Shown here piece by piece: positions 11,072 through 21,504 of a stretch of DNA of 64,000 nucleotides. A program made the position numbers and the translations under genes. The stretch comes from an uncultured delta proteobacterium (GTDB lineage Bacteria > Desulfobacterota > Desulfobacteria > Desulfobacterales > JAFDCJ01). Position 1 is the stretch's first letter. Each line of letters begins with the position of its first letter. A model generated the notes under the pieces. It made no database searches and was not told the origin of the DNA. It was given only the letters and a program-made list of their open reading frames with translations. The stretch is from contig CAVYNY010000007.1 in NCBI GenBank assembly GCA_963769935.1, forward strand, positions 32,001-96,000. Direction: 5' to 3'.

Positions 11072-12751
11072 ATGTCCTATCTTGTTCTCGCACGCAAGTA
11101 TCGCCCGCAAACCTTTGAACAGGTTGTTGAACAGGCACACATCACCCGAACATTGACCAACGCGATTTCGACGGGGCGCGTGGCCCATGCCATATTGTTC
11201 TCCGGACCTCGCGGCACCGGTAAAACAACCGTGGCCCGCATCCTGGCCAAAGCAATGAACTGCAAGGAAGGCCCGACGCCCGAACCATGCAATGTTTGCC
11301 GATCCTGTGCAGAGATCACCGCAGGGCATGCGGTTGACGTCTTTGAGATTGACGGCGCGTCCAACAACAGTGTCGACCAAATCCGGGAGTTGCGGGAAAA
11401 TATCAAATATATGCCTGCCCACAGTGCCTTTAAAATCTATATTATCGATGAAGTCCATATGCTCAGCACGGCTGCCTTCAACGCTTTGCTCAAGACCCTT
11501 GAAGAACCGCCCTCCCATGTCATGTTCATGTTTGCCACTACCGAACCGCACAAGATTCCGATTACAATTCTTTCCCGTTGCCAACGACATGATTTTAGAC
11601 GCATCAGCCTGGCGTCCATTTCCAATCACATGGCTTGGATTTGCGCCCAGGAAGGCTTTGAGAGCAGCGAACAAAGTCTTGGGCTGATTGCCCGGGAGGC
11701 CGGCGGGAGCCTGCGGGATGCCTTGAGCTTGCTTGACCAGATCATGGCGAGCGCCCAGGGAAAAATGACCCACGAACAGGTGCTTGACATTCTTGGAGTT
11801 ATCGACCGTAAGATGATATATGATCTTGCGACAGCGATTTTAGCTGCCGATATCCCGGCCGTTCTCGATCTTTTGGATGACATTTATGATCGTGGCCATG
11901 ATATGAAGAAGCTTTACGCGGATCTACTGGAACATTTCAGAAATCTGCTGGTTGCCGCCATAGGCCAGAAAGTTGACAAGCTGGTGGATCTTCCAGCCGG
12001 TGAAATTGAGCAATTAATGCAACAGGCCGGGCAGGTTTCGCATGGTGCCTTGAACCAGATTTTTGATTTGCTGTTCAGAGAAGAGCTTAACGTCAGACTT
12101 TCACCTCAGCCGAAGTTGGCCCTGGAGATGGCTCTGATCAGGTTGCTGCATGTCAAACCGGCGCTGCCGATAGATGTTTTAATCGATAAACTCGATGACC
12201 TCCGGCAGAGGATCCTGCCTTCCTCGCAACGGCCGGAGATCGCCGAGCGCCCAGCGATGGAATCCAACCCTGATGAAGATCTTTCCGGCCACTCCCGGAT
12301 GCTGCCGTCCTCAGGTGAATCAAAAAAAGAACCAATGCGGACCGACGCCGCAGCCGTCCCCCCGCTATCCGGGCCGGCTGAAACTCCGGTCGAGATTTGG
12401 CGGCACATTTTAGAACTCATCGCCCGCCATAGTCCGTCCCTGGCTGCCAACCTGTCCAAATGTCAAATCAAAGCAATCGCGGACCAAACCATTGAAATCG
12501 AGGTTCCCGGCAACGGCTTTACCTTAAATATGATTCAGCGTGAAAAAAATATGGCGGTGTTAACGAAAATCTGCGAGGACATCTTGGGCCGCCGCCATGA
12601 GATCCAATTTACGGCCAACAGCACTCTGGAAGATAATACGCGTAAAAAAAAAACGGCTAATCGACTGAAACAAAAAGCCATCAGTCATCCCCTGGTGGCT
12701 GATGCCATTGAGATTTTTAACGGCAAAGTGATCGATGTGAAAATATTGTAG
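11072..12751 (+). CDS. dnaX: DNA polymerase III subunit gamma/tau
   Basis: [29 protein letters not shown]. Confidence 0.98.
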   Translation: MSYLVLARKYRPQTFEQVVEQAHITRTLTNAISTGRVAHAILFSGPRGTGKTTVARILAKAMNCKEGPTPEPCNVCRSCAEITAGHAVDVFEIDGASNNSVDQIRELRENIKYMPAHSAFKIYIIDEVHMLSTAAFNALLKTLEEPPSHVMFMFATTEPHKIPITILSRCQRHDFRRISLASISNHMAWICAQEGFESSEQSLGLIAREAGGSLRDALSLLDQIMASAQGKMTHEQVLDILGVIDRKMIYDLATAILAADIPAVLDLLDDIYDRGHDMKKLYADLLEHFRNLLVAAIGQKVDKLVDLPAGEIEQLMQQAGQVSHGALNQIFDLLFREELNVRLSPQPKLALEMALIRLLHVKPALPIDVLIDKLDDLRQRILPSSQRPEIAERPAMESNPDEDLSGHSRMLPSSGESKKEPMRTDAAAVPPLSGPAETPVEIWRHILELIARHSPSLAANLSKCQIKAIADQTIEIEVPGNGFTLNMIQREKNMAVLTKICEDILGRRHEIQFTANSTLEDNTRKKKTANRLKQKAISHPLVADAIEIFNGKVIDVKIL

Positions 12752-12776
12752 GCACTTTTTTATTGGAGGTATGTAT

Positions 12777-13088
12777 ATGAAAGGAATGGCCAACATGATG
12801 AAGCAGGCTCAGAAGCTTCAAGCCCAGATGCTGAGACTGCAGGAAGAATTGGCAGAAAAAACTGTGGAATCCAGCTCCGGCGGCGGCATGGTGACGGTCG
12901 TCGCCAACGGTCGACAGCAGATCGTATCGATTAAGATAGAACGTGAGGTGGTTGATCCGGAAGACGTCGAGATGCTCCAGGATCTGATTCAGGCTGCCGT
13001 CAATGACGCTCTGGCTAAGGCCCAGGAGATGGTAAGCTCTGAAATGGGAAAACTGACAGGCGGTCTGAATATACCGGGTTTAACGTAG
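12777..13088 (+). CDS. ybaB: YbaB/EbfC nucleoid-associated protein
   Basis: [37 protein letters not shown]; lies between dnaX and recR. Confidence 0.95.
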   Translation: MKGMANMMKQAQKLQAQMLRLQEELAEKTVESSSGGGMVTVVANGRQQIVSIKIEREVVDPEDVEMLQDLIQAAVNDALAKAQEMVSSEMGKLTGGLNIPGLT

Positions 13089-13089
13089 G

Positions 13090-13224
13090 CGGGGTGCGCG
13101 TTGCGAGTTGCGGGGACCAACGGATTAACGAATGATCCGCCGAAGGCGGATCGAATGAAGGAATTCTACTGTTTTAAATAGACAGAGTACCCTAATTTTC
13201 AGGCATTTTCAAATTTAGGCATTT
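13090..13224. repeat. Composite repeat (TTGCG heptamers, ATCCGCCGAAGGCGGAT hairpin, family B right arm)
   Basis: Seen directly in the ybaB-recR gap. Confidence 0.65.
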
Positions 13225-13228
13225 ATCC

Positions 13229-13828
13229 ATGAGCTACTATCCGGCTTCAATACAGAATCTGATAAAAAATATCGCCAAACTTCCGGGCATTGGAGAAAAA
13301 ACGGCCGAGCGTCTGGCTATGCATATCCTGCGGGGTTCCCGGCAGGAAGCCGAACGGCTGGCGCACAGTATTCTGAATGTCAAAGACAAAGTGAAATTCT
13401 GCAGCACATGTTTTGCCTTAAGCGATGATGATATCTGCAGTATGTGCAGTGATCCGGCCAGGGATTCGACTTTTGTGTGCGTTGTGGAACAGCCGGCGGA
13501 CATGGTGGCCGTCGAAAGATCCGGAGCATTTCGAGGGAAGTATCACATTCTTTCCGGTGCCCTTTCTCCCATGAACGGCGTCGGTCCCGAGGATATCAGA
13601 ATCCGGGAGCTGCTGGCCAGAATCGAAAAGGATCAGGTAAAAGAGATTGTGCTGGCCACCAGTACCAACGTCGAGGGAGAGGCCACCGCATCTTATATGG
13701 CACAGGTCCTGGCAAAATATCCGGTTAAAATCACCCGCATCGCTTCCGGGGTTCCCATGGGGGGAGATCTCAAGTATGTGGACCAGGTCACCTTGAAAAA
13801 AGCCCTGGAGACCCGTCATGCCCTCTGA
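13229..13828 (+). CDS. recR: Recombination protein RecR
   Basis: LPGIGEKTAERLA, C4 zinc finger, Toprim EGEATA, RIASGVPMGGDL. Confidence 0.97.
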   Translation: MSYYPASIQNLIKNIAKLPGIGEKTAERLAMHILRGSRQEAERLAHSILNVKDKVKFCSTCFALSDDDICSMCSDPARDSTFVCVVEQPADMVAVERSGAFRGKYHILSGALSPMNGVGPEDIRIRELLARIEKDQVKEIVLATSTNVEGEATASYMAQVLAKYPVKITRIASGVPMGGDLKYVDQVTLKKALETRHAL

Positions 13829-14228
13829 CATGATTAAACCGCAAACGTTCTTTAAATGCCTCAAATGCGGCGATTGCTGCAAAGGATATGGCGGCACCCA
13901 TGTGACCGATCAAGATATTGAGGCCATCGCCGGGTTTATCGGCTCAGACCCCGGACGCTTTGTCGACCGGTATTGCACATTCTCGGGCAACAGGCCTATG
14001 CTGGCTCAGGGAAAAAACGGCTACTGCATTTTTTGGGATGGACTCTGCCGCATTCATGCGGTTAAACCCCTGATGTGCCGCAAGTGGCCGTTTATAGACA
14101 GCCTGCTGGTTGATTTGGATAACTGGCTGATAATGGCCGATTCATGCCCCGGAATTCGGACGGATGTCTCCGCTGATTTGCTTGGAAAATATTTAAAGCA
14201 GATAGTCTTGCATGATAGGAATATTTGA
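13818..14228 (+). CDS. YkgJ family CxxCxxCC cysteine-cluster protein
   Basis: FKCLKCGDCC, CIF, CRIH..KP..CR.WPF. Confidence 0.88.
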   Translation: MPSDMIKPQTFFKCLKCGDCCKGYGGTHVTDQDIEAIAGFIGSDPGRFVDRYCTFSGNRPMLAQGKNGYCIFWDGLCRIHAVKPLMCRKWPFIDSLLVDLDNWLIMADSCPGIRTDVSADLLGKYLKQIVLHDRNI

Positions 14229-14997
14229 CTCAGGTATCGGCGGCCTCACCGTCGTCAATGCTTTAAGGCAGCATCTTTCCGACTACGATTTAATCTACTT
14301 CGGTGACACCGCCCGTGCCCCGTACGGCAGTAAAAGCGCGGCGACCGTCCTGCAAAATGTAATCAACAAGGTGGAATTCCTGAGAGACTGCGGTGCCGGG
14401 ATTATCATTATTGCCTGCCAGACTTCAGCCGGCGTGGCCTGCGAACACCTTCGGCGCAAGTTTGATATTCCGGTTTTTGAAGTCATTTCTCCTGCCGTCA
14501 AATTTGCACTCCAGATCACGCTTCACGGCCGACTGGGAATCATTGGCACACGGACTACCATTGCCGGCGGTCTGTATACAAGCAAGATCGGCGAATTGAA
14601 TGCAGCGGCCAAGGTGTTTTCGGTGGCCTGCCCGCTGCTGGTCTCTTTGGCCGAAGAAGGCTGGCTCAAGCAACCGGTTACATCGATGATTGTAAAAAAA
14701 TATTTGTATCCCCTGAAAGTGAAGCAAATCGACACGCTCATTCTGGGCTGCAATTACTTCCCGCTTTTCAAGCGCATCATTCAGGCAAAAATCGGCCGGC
14801 GGGTTCAGGTGGTCGACCCATCGTTGACCCTGGCCGAGAGCCTGGTGCAGTATCTGCAGGAAAATGCCGCAATCCGCGGTCGGCTGACAAGAAATCAAAG
14901 CCTGCGGCTGATGGTGTCCGATCGCACCGATCAGATTGAAAAATCAGCTCAAATGATTTTGCAGCAGAAAATACCGGTGGAGCAAATTGTCGGCTGA
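14212..14997 (+). CDS. murI: Glutamate racemase family protein with atypical active-site motifs
   Basis: MIGIFDSGIGGLTV and GDTARAPYG present; ACQTS and GCNYFP replace canonical ACNT and GCTH. Confidence 0.85.
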   Translation: MIGIFDSGIGGLTVVNALRQHLSDYDLIYFGDTARAPYGSKSAATVLQNVINKVEFLRDCGAGIIIIACQTSAGVACEHLRRKFDIPVFEVISPAVKFALQITLHGRLGIIGTRTTIAGGLYTSKIGELNAAAKVFSVACPLLVSLAEEGWLKQPVTSMIVKKYLYPLKVKQIDTLILGCNYFPLFKRIIQAKIGRRVQVVDPSLTLAESLVQYLQENAAIRGRLTRNQSLRLMVSDRTDQIEKSAQMILQQKIPVEQIVG

Positions 14998-15031
14998 TCC
15001 CTAACCGGGTTAGACCGGAAAAATAGCTGAA

Positions 15032-16306
15032 ATGTCTAATATGACCGACGAGGACAAAACCAAAGAGCAGCTAATCGCGCAGGTGGCTGGAATGCAGCAG
15101 CGGATTGAGCAATTGGAAGCCCGGCATCGGCGCGACGCTCAGGTGCTGCGCGAAAACCAGCAGCAGCTTCACCAGGCCCAGAAGATGGAGACATTGGGGA
15201 CGCTGGTCGCGGGGCTGGCCCATGAAATCAATAACCCGATTAACCTGATCATGTACAACCTACCGCTTTTGCAAAAAATCTGGTCGGATTTCCTGCCGAT
15301 TATGCTGGAACGCAAGCAATCAGAACCGGAGCGTAAATTCGGTGGTTTTGACTATGACTTTTTAGCGGACAATCTGCTCCAACTCGTTGCCGATATGGAA
15401 ATGGCGGCCAATCGTGTTGCCAAGACGGTATCCGATTTAAAAAATTATTCCCGGCAGTCCAATGTGGCCGAGAAGGTGCCTTTGCAAATCAACCAGGCTG
15501 TGAGGAACGCCCTGCGGCTGGCCAAGACCACCTTCCGTAAATCGTCGGTTCACATCCGGCTGAATCTGACGGATGATCTTCCCGATATCGATGGTAATCT
15601 GCAAAGCATCGAGCAGATTATTTTAAATATTCTTATAAACGCCGTCCAGGCTATTGATCACGATCGGGGCGAGATCGAAATTGCCACCGGCTTCCAGGTC
15701 AAAGACGGCCGGGTTTTTATCAATATCAAGGACAACGGCCGGGGTATTTCACCATCGATCGCCGATAAGATTTTTCTCCCGTTTGTAACGGACAAGCAGT
15801 CCGAAGGGGGCACCGGTCTTGGACTTTCCGTTACCTATTCTCTCGTAAAAGCCCATGAAGGCGAGATCGGCTTTGAATCGCGTGCCGGCCGCGGAGCGTC
15901 ATTTACGGTATATTTGCCCACTCGGTTGAAGCGCGATGCAGCCAGGATTCTGGTGGTGGATGATGATCATGCAATTCGCGGGATGATTATCGAGGCACTG
16001 TCCATGGAGCGTCAGTACCTGGTGGAAGAGGCATCCAACGGCATTGAAGCCTCGATCAAGCTTGGTACCTATCGGCCGGATCTTCTCATATTGGACATAT
16101 TCATGCCCGAAATGGACGGCGTTGAGGTATGTCGCATTATCCGCGGCGAACCTCAACTCTCGGATATGAAAGTTATTATTACCACGGGACATCCGGAGCA
16201 TCCCAAGCTGGACGAGGTGGTCGAGTTGGGTTTCACCAATATATTTGCCAAGCCTTTTGACCTGCTGCAATTTCTTCAGAATATAAAGAAGATACTCGCG
16301 GGGTAG
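15032..16306 (+). CDS. Cytoplasmic hybrid histidine kinase / receiver protein
   Basis: AHEINNP H-box, N/G1/F/G2 boxes, C-terminal REC domain (ILVVDDD, LILDIFMP, KPF). Confidence 0.92.
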   Translation: MSNMTDEDKTKEQLIAQVAGMQQRIEQLEARHRRDAQVLRENQQQLHQAQKMETLGTLVAGLAHEINNPINLIMYNLPLLQKIWSDFLPIMLERKQSEPERKFGGFDYDFLADNLLQLVADMEMAANRVAKTVSDLKNYSRQSNVAEKVPLQINQAVRNALRLAKTTFRKSSVHIRLNLTDDLPDIDGNLQSIEQIILNILINAVQAIDHDRGEIEIATGFQVKDGRVFINIKDNGRGISPSIADKIFLPFVTDKQSEGGTGLGLSVTYSLVKAHEGEIGFESRAGRGASFTVYLPTRLKRDAARILVVDDDHAIRGMIIEALSMERQYLVEEASNGIEASIKLGTYRPDLLILDIFMPEMDGVEVCRIIRGEPQLSDMKVIITTGHPEHPKLDEVVELGFTNIFAKPFDLLQFLQNIKKILAG

Positions 16307-16342
16307 GATATCGGAAACGCAGGCCTGTTTATTCTAAGATTG

Positions 16343-16746
16343 AAACCCTGGTCCTCTGGGCAGGGTCCGAGAAGTTTTGTTGTGCCGTAAAGGTATGCGA
16401 TGCGGTATTGGAATAGTGGAATGTTGGCCCGCCCTGGCGCGACTCTTTTCTAAGTTGTTGGATCTAGTGCAATGATTAAATATTTTAGCCGAGCAGACTT
16501 TCTATGAGATCGGTCTGGGCCAGGGAATACTGGGTTTGGTGGAATGAGATCTATTTTTCCAGAGATGGCACTTAGCAGGAAATAAAATCAGACTATAATC
16601 CACTTTTCAGCCCCAATATTCCATTATTCTCTCCGATCCGTAGGCTCTAAGAGCCGGAGGCCAGTATTCCATCATTTCATGGGTTATCTGGCGGCAAACA
16701 CCACCCTTTTGGGTGAAGTCAAAGCCTGACCTTCTGAGCCATGATT
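16343..16746. mobile_element. Non-coding composite element bounded by degenerate direct-repeat hairpins (possible IS200/IS605-derived non-autonomous element)
   Basis: AAACCCTGGTCCTCTGGGCAGGGT at the left end and AAAGCCTGACCTTCTGAGCCATGATT at the right; nested GGAATA/TATTCC octamer arms. Confidence 0.45.
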
Positions 16747-16748
16747 TT

Positions 16749-17516
16749 CTACTGTCCTTCATTTGAAATGAAACTTGCCTTGAAAAATTCGCGATTCATC
16801 CGGGCAATGTTGATGATGGAAATTTCCTTGGGGCATTCGGCCTCACACTCTCTTTCATTGGTACAGTTGCCGAACCCCAGTTCATCCATCATACGCAGCA
16901 TTGCCAGCGCGCGCTTCGCGGCTTCCGGCCGTCCCTGGGGCAGCAGGGCCAGGTGGGAAATCTTGGCCCCCGTAAACAGCATGGCCGCGGCATTCGGACA
17001 GGCCGCAACGCAGGCGCCGCAACCGATGCAGGCGGCGGCATCCATGGCTTTTTCAGCTGCCTGTTGCGGCACCGCAATGGCGTTGGCATCCGGTGCGCCG
17101 CCGGTATTGACCGAAATGAATCCGCCGGCTTGGATAATCGTATCAAAGGCCGAGCGATCCACCGCCAGGTCCTTGATGATCGGAAACGCCTTGGCGCGCC
17201 AGGGTTCAATAACGATGGTGTCGCCATCCGAGAAGTGCCGCATATGCAGCTGGCACAGGGTCGTTCCTTTTTCCGGGCCGTGCGGCCGCCCGTTAATCAC
17301 CGCACCGCACATTCCACAGATGCCTTCGCGGCAGTCATGGTCAAAGGCGATGGGTTCCCGGCCTTCCAAGGTCAGTTTTTCATTGATAACGTCAAGCATC
17401 TCAAGAAACGACATGTCGGTTGAAATATCCTCGGCGGTGTAGGATTCGAGACGGCCCCTAACTCGGGACCCCTGTTGGCGCCATATTTTCAATGTTAAGC
17501 TGATCGTGGTTGTCAC
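16749..17516 (-). CDS. sdhB: Succinate dehydrogenase/fumarate reductase iron-sulfur subunit
   Basis: [32 protein letters not shown]. Confidence 0.95.
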   Translation of the reverse strand: MTTTISLTLKIWRQQGSRVRGRLESYTAEDISTDMSFLEMLDVINEKLTLEGREPIAFDHDCREGICGMCGAVINGRPHGPEKGTTLCQLHMRHFSDGDTIVIEPWRAKAFPIIKDLAVDRSAFDTIIQAGGFISVNTGGAPDANAIAVPQQAAEKAMDAAACIGCGACVAACPNAAAMLFTGAKISHLALLPQGRPEAAKRALAMLRMMDELGFGNCTNERECEAECPKEISIINIARMNREFFKASFISNEGQ

Positions 17517-19426
17517 TTGTAACTCCTTTGCGTCAGTTCGACATTTTCAAAAACCAGAGGCTCCTTGTGAAATCGAGGCGGATTGTCGTCGCCCGCGAAT
17601 TCCCAGGCTGCAGCGTGGCAGAAATTTTCGTCATCGCGTCGGGCTTCATTTTCCTCGGTTTGAAAAGCCTCGTTAAAATGGCCGCCGCAGGATTCCTGGC
17701 GGGCCAGGGCATCAATGAGCATCAATTCGCCGAATTCCAGAAAATCCGCCACCCTGCCTGCCCGCTCGAGGCTTTGGTTGAAATCTTTTTCGGTTCCCGG
17801 CACCTTGACATTTTCCCAGAATTCGGCCCGTAATGACTGAATGAGGCCGCGGGCCTTTGCCAACCCTTCATTATTGCGGGCCATGCCGCAGTGCTCCCAC
17901 AAAATCAACCCCAACTTTCGGTGGAAGTCGTCCACCGTGCGGTTGCCGTCTACGGCCAGAAGGGTGTTCAACCGGGAGCGCACGTGTTGTTCGGATTCTT
18001 TGAAAGCCGGATGGTCGGTGTTAATTTCCGGCAAATTCGTGCCTGTCAGATATCCGCCAATCGTGTAAGGCAGAATGAAGTAGCCGTCCGCCAGACCCTG
18101 CATGAGGGCACTGGCACCCAGGCGATTGGCCCCATGATCTGAAAAGTTGGCCTCCCCCAGGACAAAGAGCCCGTCAACGGTGCTCATCAGGTTGTAGTCC
18201 ACCCATAAGCCTCCCATGGTATAGTGAACGGCAGGATAGATCATCATCGGGGTCCGGTAGGGGTCCTGACCGGTGATCTTTTCATACATCTGGAAAAGAT
18301 TGCCGTATTTCTTTTCAATGACGGCTCTGGTATCCCGCTTGATGGCATCTGCAAAATCGAGACAGACCGCCAGGCCTGTTCCGCCCACCCCTTTGCCCAT
18401 ATCACACTGTTCCTTGGCATTGCGTGAGGCCACATCGCGCGGCACCAGATTGCCGAAGCTCGGATACTTTTCTTCCAGAAAATAACTTCTCTGCGACTCC
18501 GGTATCTGGGAGGGGGGTCTTTTATCGCCGGGATCTTTGGGCACCCACACCCGGCCGTCATTGCGCAGGCTTTCGCTCATCAGCGTCAATTTAGACTGAT
18601 AGGTGCCGTGCACCGGAATACAGGTGGGATGAATCTGCGTAAAGCATGGATTTGCGAAATAAGCGCCTTTTTTATAGGCTCTGAAAGCGGCGGTCACATT
18701 GGAAGCCATGGCATTGGTCGAAAGGAAAAACACGTTGCCATAGCCGCCGGTGCAGAGAACCACCGCGTGGGCATCGTGGCGTTCGATATCACCGGTGATC
18801 AGATTGCGCACCACAATCCCCCGCGCCTGACCGTCGACAACGACCAGGTCCAGCATTTCACGGCGGTTGAAAAGCTTTACTTTACCGGCCGCCGTCTGGC
18901 GGGATAAGGCACTGTATGCTCCCAACAGCAGTTGCTGCCCGGTTTGCCCCCGGGCATAAAATGTTCTTGAAACCTGAGCGCCGCCAAATGACCGGTTGGC
19001 CAGTAGTCCGCCGTAATCCCTTGCAAATGGAATACCCTGGGCAACGCAATGGTCGATAATCAGGTTGCTGATCTGCGCCAGGCGGTATACATTGGCTTCT
19101 CTGGCCCTGAAATCACCGCCTTTGACGGTGTCGTAAAACAGGCGCCAGATGCTGTCACCGTCGTTGGGATAATTTTTGGCGGCATTAATACCGCCCTGGG
19201 CCGCAATGCTATGCGCGCGGCGGGGACTGTCCTGGATGCAAAAGGTTTTGACCGTATAGCCCAGTTCAGCCAGGGCCGCCGAAGCGGAACCGCCGGCCAA
19301 ACCGGTGCCGACCACGATAATTTCAAACTTTCTCTTGTTGGCCGGATTGACTAACTTCAATTCGAAACGGTGCCTGTCCCATTTTTGTGTCAGGGGACCT
19401 CCGGGGATTTTGGCATCAAGGGTCAT
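17513..19426 (-). CDS. sdhA: Succinate dehydrogenase/fumarate reductase flavoprotein subunit
   Basis: [32 protein letters not shown]. Confidence 0.96.
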   Translation of the reverse strand: MTLDAKIPGGPLTQKWDRHRFELKLVNPANKRKFEIIVVGTGLAGGSASAALAELGYTVKTFCIQDSPRRAHSIAAQGGINAAKNYPNDGDSIWRLFYDTVKGGDFRAREANVYRLAQISNLIIDHCVAQGIPFARDYGGLLANRSFGGAQVSRTFYARGQTGQQLLLGAYSALSRQTAAGKVKLFNRREMLDLVVVDGQARGIVVRNLITGDIERHDAHAVVLCTGGYGNVFFLSTNAMASNVTAAFRAYKKGAYFANPCFTQIHPTCIPVHGTYQSKLTLMSESLRNDGRVWVPKDPGDKRPPSQIPESQRSYFLEEKYPSFGNLVPRDVASRNAKEQCDMGKGVGGTGLAVCLDFADAIKRDTRAVIEKKYGNLFQMYEKITGQDPYRTPMMIYPAVHYTMGGLWVDYNLMSTVDGLFVLGEANFSDHGANRLGASALMQGLADGYFILPYTIGGYLTGTNLPEINTDHPAFKESEQHVRSRLNTLLAVDGNRTVDDFHRKLGLILWEHCGMARNNEGLAKARGLIQSLRAEFWENVKVPGTEKDFNQSLERAGRVADFLEFGELMLIDALARQESCGGHFNEAFQTEENEARRDDENFCHAAAWEFAGDDNPPRFHKEPLVFENVELTQRSYK

Positions 19427-19438
19427 GGTATGTCCTTT

Positions 19439-20080
19439 CTAACCCGCTAAAGAAACGAAAACAGGCAGGAGCCCGAATCCAATTCCGACAATCAGGCTGA
19501 ATACAATACTGAATATCATTATAAACGGCATATATTTCTCGTGGTTGGCGCCGATCGTCTGGAATGCGCTCCAAAAGCCGTGGCTGACATGCACCGCCGC
19601 TACAACCATCGCCAGAACATAGAAGACCACCCAGAATGGATTTTCAAAGGTTTGCGCAACAATGTTCGCGATGTTCGTGCCGCTCTTATCCACAAAGTGA
19701 AAATTTTTCAAATGTATGACCACAAACACCAGTAAAAGAACACCGGTATACGGCATAGTGGCGGATCCGATGGTGCGTCCGCCCGCTCTTTTGCTGACGG
19801 CATAGCGCCCGCCCCGGGCGACGGTATTCTGATAGAACAGGGTCAGGCCGGTAAGAATGTGGATTATGGCGAGAACGGCGAGTCCCAGTTCCACGGCGGT
19901 AATCAGCGGTCCCAACGAATGTAGATGCGCGGCATATGAATTAAAGGCATCTTTTCCGCCGTAAATCGTCAGATTTCCCGCAAGATGTCCGGTCAAAAAG
20001 GCGCAGAATGCCAGACCGGTGACGGCCATCATCAGTTTTTTACCGATAGATGACCAGAAGGTTTGCTTCAACCAGTTCAT
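19439..20080 (-). CDS. sdhC: Succinate dehydrogenase/fumarate reductase cytochrome b subunit
   Basis: SSIGKK..MA.TG, five TM segments with conserved His, HGFWSAFQT; GGAGG before 20080. Confidence 0.92.
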   Translation of the reverse strand: MNWLKQTFWSSIGKKLMMAVTGLAFCAFLTGHLAGNLTIYGGKDAFNSYAAHLHSLGPLITAVELGLAVLAIIHILTGLTLFYQNTVARGGRYAVSKRAGGRTIGSATMPYTGVLLLVFVVIHLKNFHFVDKSGTNIANIVAQTFENPFWVVFYVLAMVVAAVHVSHGFWSAFQTIGANHEKYMPFIMIFSIVFSLIVGIGFGLLPVFVSLAG

Positions 20081-20130
20081 TGTTTCCTCCATCTTAAGCA
20101 TTGGACAAACCGATAAGGCAGGAAAAATTT

Positions 20131-20159
20131 TTATTATTGGTTCTGAGATTTTCTGTCAA
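20131..20159 (-). promoter_or_regulatory. Putative sigma70 promoter of sdhCAB
   Basis: TTGACA-N17-TAATAA on the minus strand. Confidence 0.4.
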
Positions 20160-20243
20160 TAGAATTGTTGCGGCACGCGGTGTCGACAGGGTAATCTCGA
20201 ATTAAATTCCAACAATAATTGCATTATAAATTTTTTTAAGACA

Positions 20244-20465
20244 ATGAAATTCCAAAGCTCAAGCACCAAATTACAAATAAATCTCAAATCTCAATATTCA
20301 ATGACCTAAACCTTCATCACAATTATATCGTGACGACTCGTAAACCCTGGTGTGCCGAAGATGATGCCCCTGGGCGCAGGAGTGGACGGTCCATTTGTTT
20401 GGGTTTTTGAATTTGGGTCATTGAGATTTGTTTGCGATTTGGTTTTTGGTGCTTGGAATTTTCAT
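20244..20465. repeat. Family A palindromic element (AAGCACCAAATTACAAATAAATCTCAAA arms), 85-nt spacer
   Basis: Arms homologous to 34348-34589 and 44873-45001. Confidence 0.85.
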
Positions 20466-20572
20466 GATTTTTGCTAAATAAATAATTTTATCCAAATCAG
20501 TTAATCGTTTTTAAATTAACTGTACCCTGGTGGGGCCGGCTGCCCTTCACGGGCACCCCTTCTGCATTTGCG

Positions 20573-21121
20573 TCAGGTTGTCGTGCTGGTCCACCAGTCA
20601 TCACGCTGGGTGCCCATAATTGCGTGCACGATTTTCCTGCCGGTTTCGGTTTTAACCCGCTTGATCACGTTTTCTATCCAGCCTAGGGGCGGTTTGTAAC
20701 CAATATCCATCAGGTCCTTTAGCTCTAAGATCAGCGCCAGTTGGTCGGCGTCATGGGACAACTTGGCCTCGGTTGTCTGAGCCTCGTTGTATTCCCGAAC
20801 GAGATTTAGCAGATTCTGGCCAAAAGCAAGTCCCCGGGCAGCATCTTCGAGTGCGGCCGGTTCATCGGCTTGAACGTATTTTTTATGGACGGTGTTCAGG
20901 TCTCCGGTCCTGGCTTCGGCAAGGTCATGGAGCAGGCACATGCTGATGAGTTTCAGGGCATCGGCGCCGGGTTCCAGCTGAGACATCACATAGGCAATGA
21001 AGGTCGTGCAAAAAGAATGTTCCGCCACCGACTCATGGCCGGCCCCCAGATAATGAAAACCTGAGCGGGGGATATCCTTCAGCATTTTGGCTTCAAACAG
21101 CAGGTTGGCAATATTTTTCAT
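20573..21121 (-). CDS. HD domain phosphohydrolase (YfbR/HDDC2-like)
   Basis: LK...RSG, ESVAEHS, LLHDLAEARTGD, DAD.L. Confidence 0.9.
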   Translation of the reverse strand: MKNIANLLFEAKMLKDIPRSGFHYLGAGHESVAEHSFCTTFIAYVMSQLEPGADALKLISMCLLHDLAEARTGDLNTVHKKYVQADEPAALEDAARGLAFGQNLLNLVREYNEAQTTEAKLSHDADQLALILELKDLMDIGYKPPLGWIENVIKRVKTETGRKIVHAIMGTQRDDWWTSTTT

Positions 21122-21134
21122 AAATATTCCTTTA

Positions 21135-21215
21135 GGTTGGATTGTTGAGATCGTTTGGATCGTTGAGATAGTTTAGATCGTTGAGATCGTTATATTCGGT
21201 TGAAATAGTTGGTTG
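21135..21215. repeat. Nonamer tandem repeat (GTTGAGATC-like, family E)
   Basis: About eight degenerate 9-mers; the reverse complement matches 27455-27514. Confidence 0.75.
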
Positions 21216-21504
21216 TTCATAGCTCATGGCTGATGGATTACGCCGCGGGCGCTGCAGTATTTTTATAAAATCGAAAGGATTCCATAATTCGTCATTCCTT
21301 AGCGGCCTCCGTCCCTGAAGGCAAGCCAAAAATTGCCGGGAATGCCGCAAATTCCAAATAGGTTGACACCCTATCCATTTTCATATAAGTAATAACAGTT
21401 AAAACAGAAAGTTATTAATCTTGCTTATTTTCAATTGATACTTATATTTCAACAAACTTCAGATCCGATTCATACACCAAATCTGATGGAAAACGGAGCC
21501 CCTT

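Noticed and set aside
15000..15020. CCTAACCGGGTTAGACCGGAA resembling the reverse complement of 49516-49535
   Set aside because: Too short and degenerate to call a repeat family from two instances.
21135..21215. Possible CRISPR array (also considered for the other periodic repeats)
   Set aside because: Units are 7-10 nt tandem repeats without 25-45 nt repeats separated by unique spacers, and no cas genes are present.
21132..21350. 72-aa ORF with an NDL-repeat tail (also ORFs 27276-27458 and 62578-62903)
   Set aside because: These are translations of nucleotide repeat elements with no RBS or family motif.
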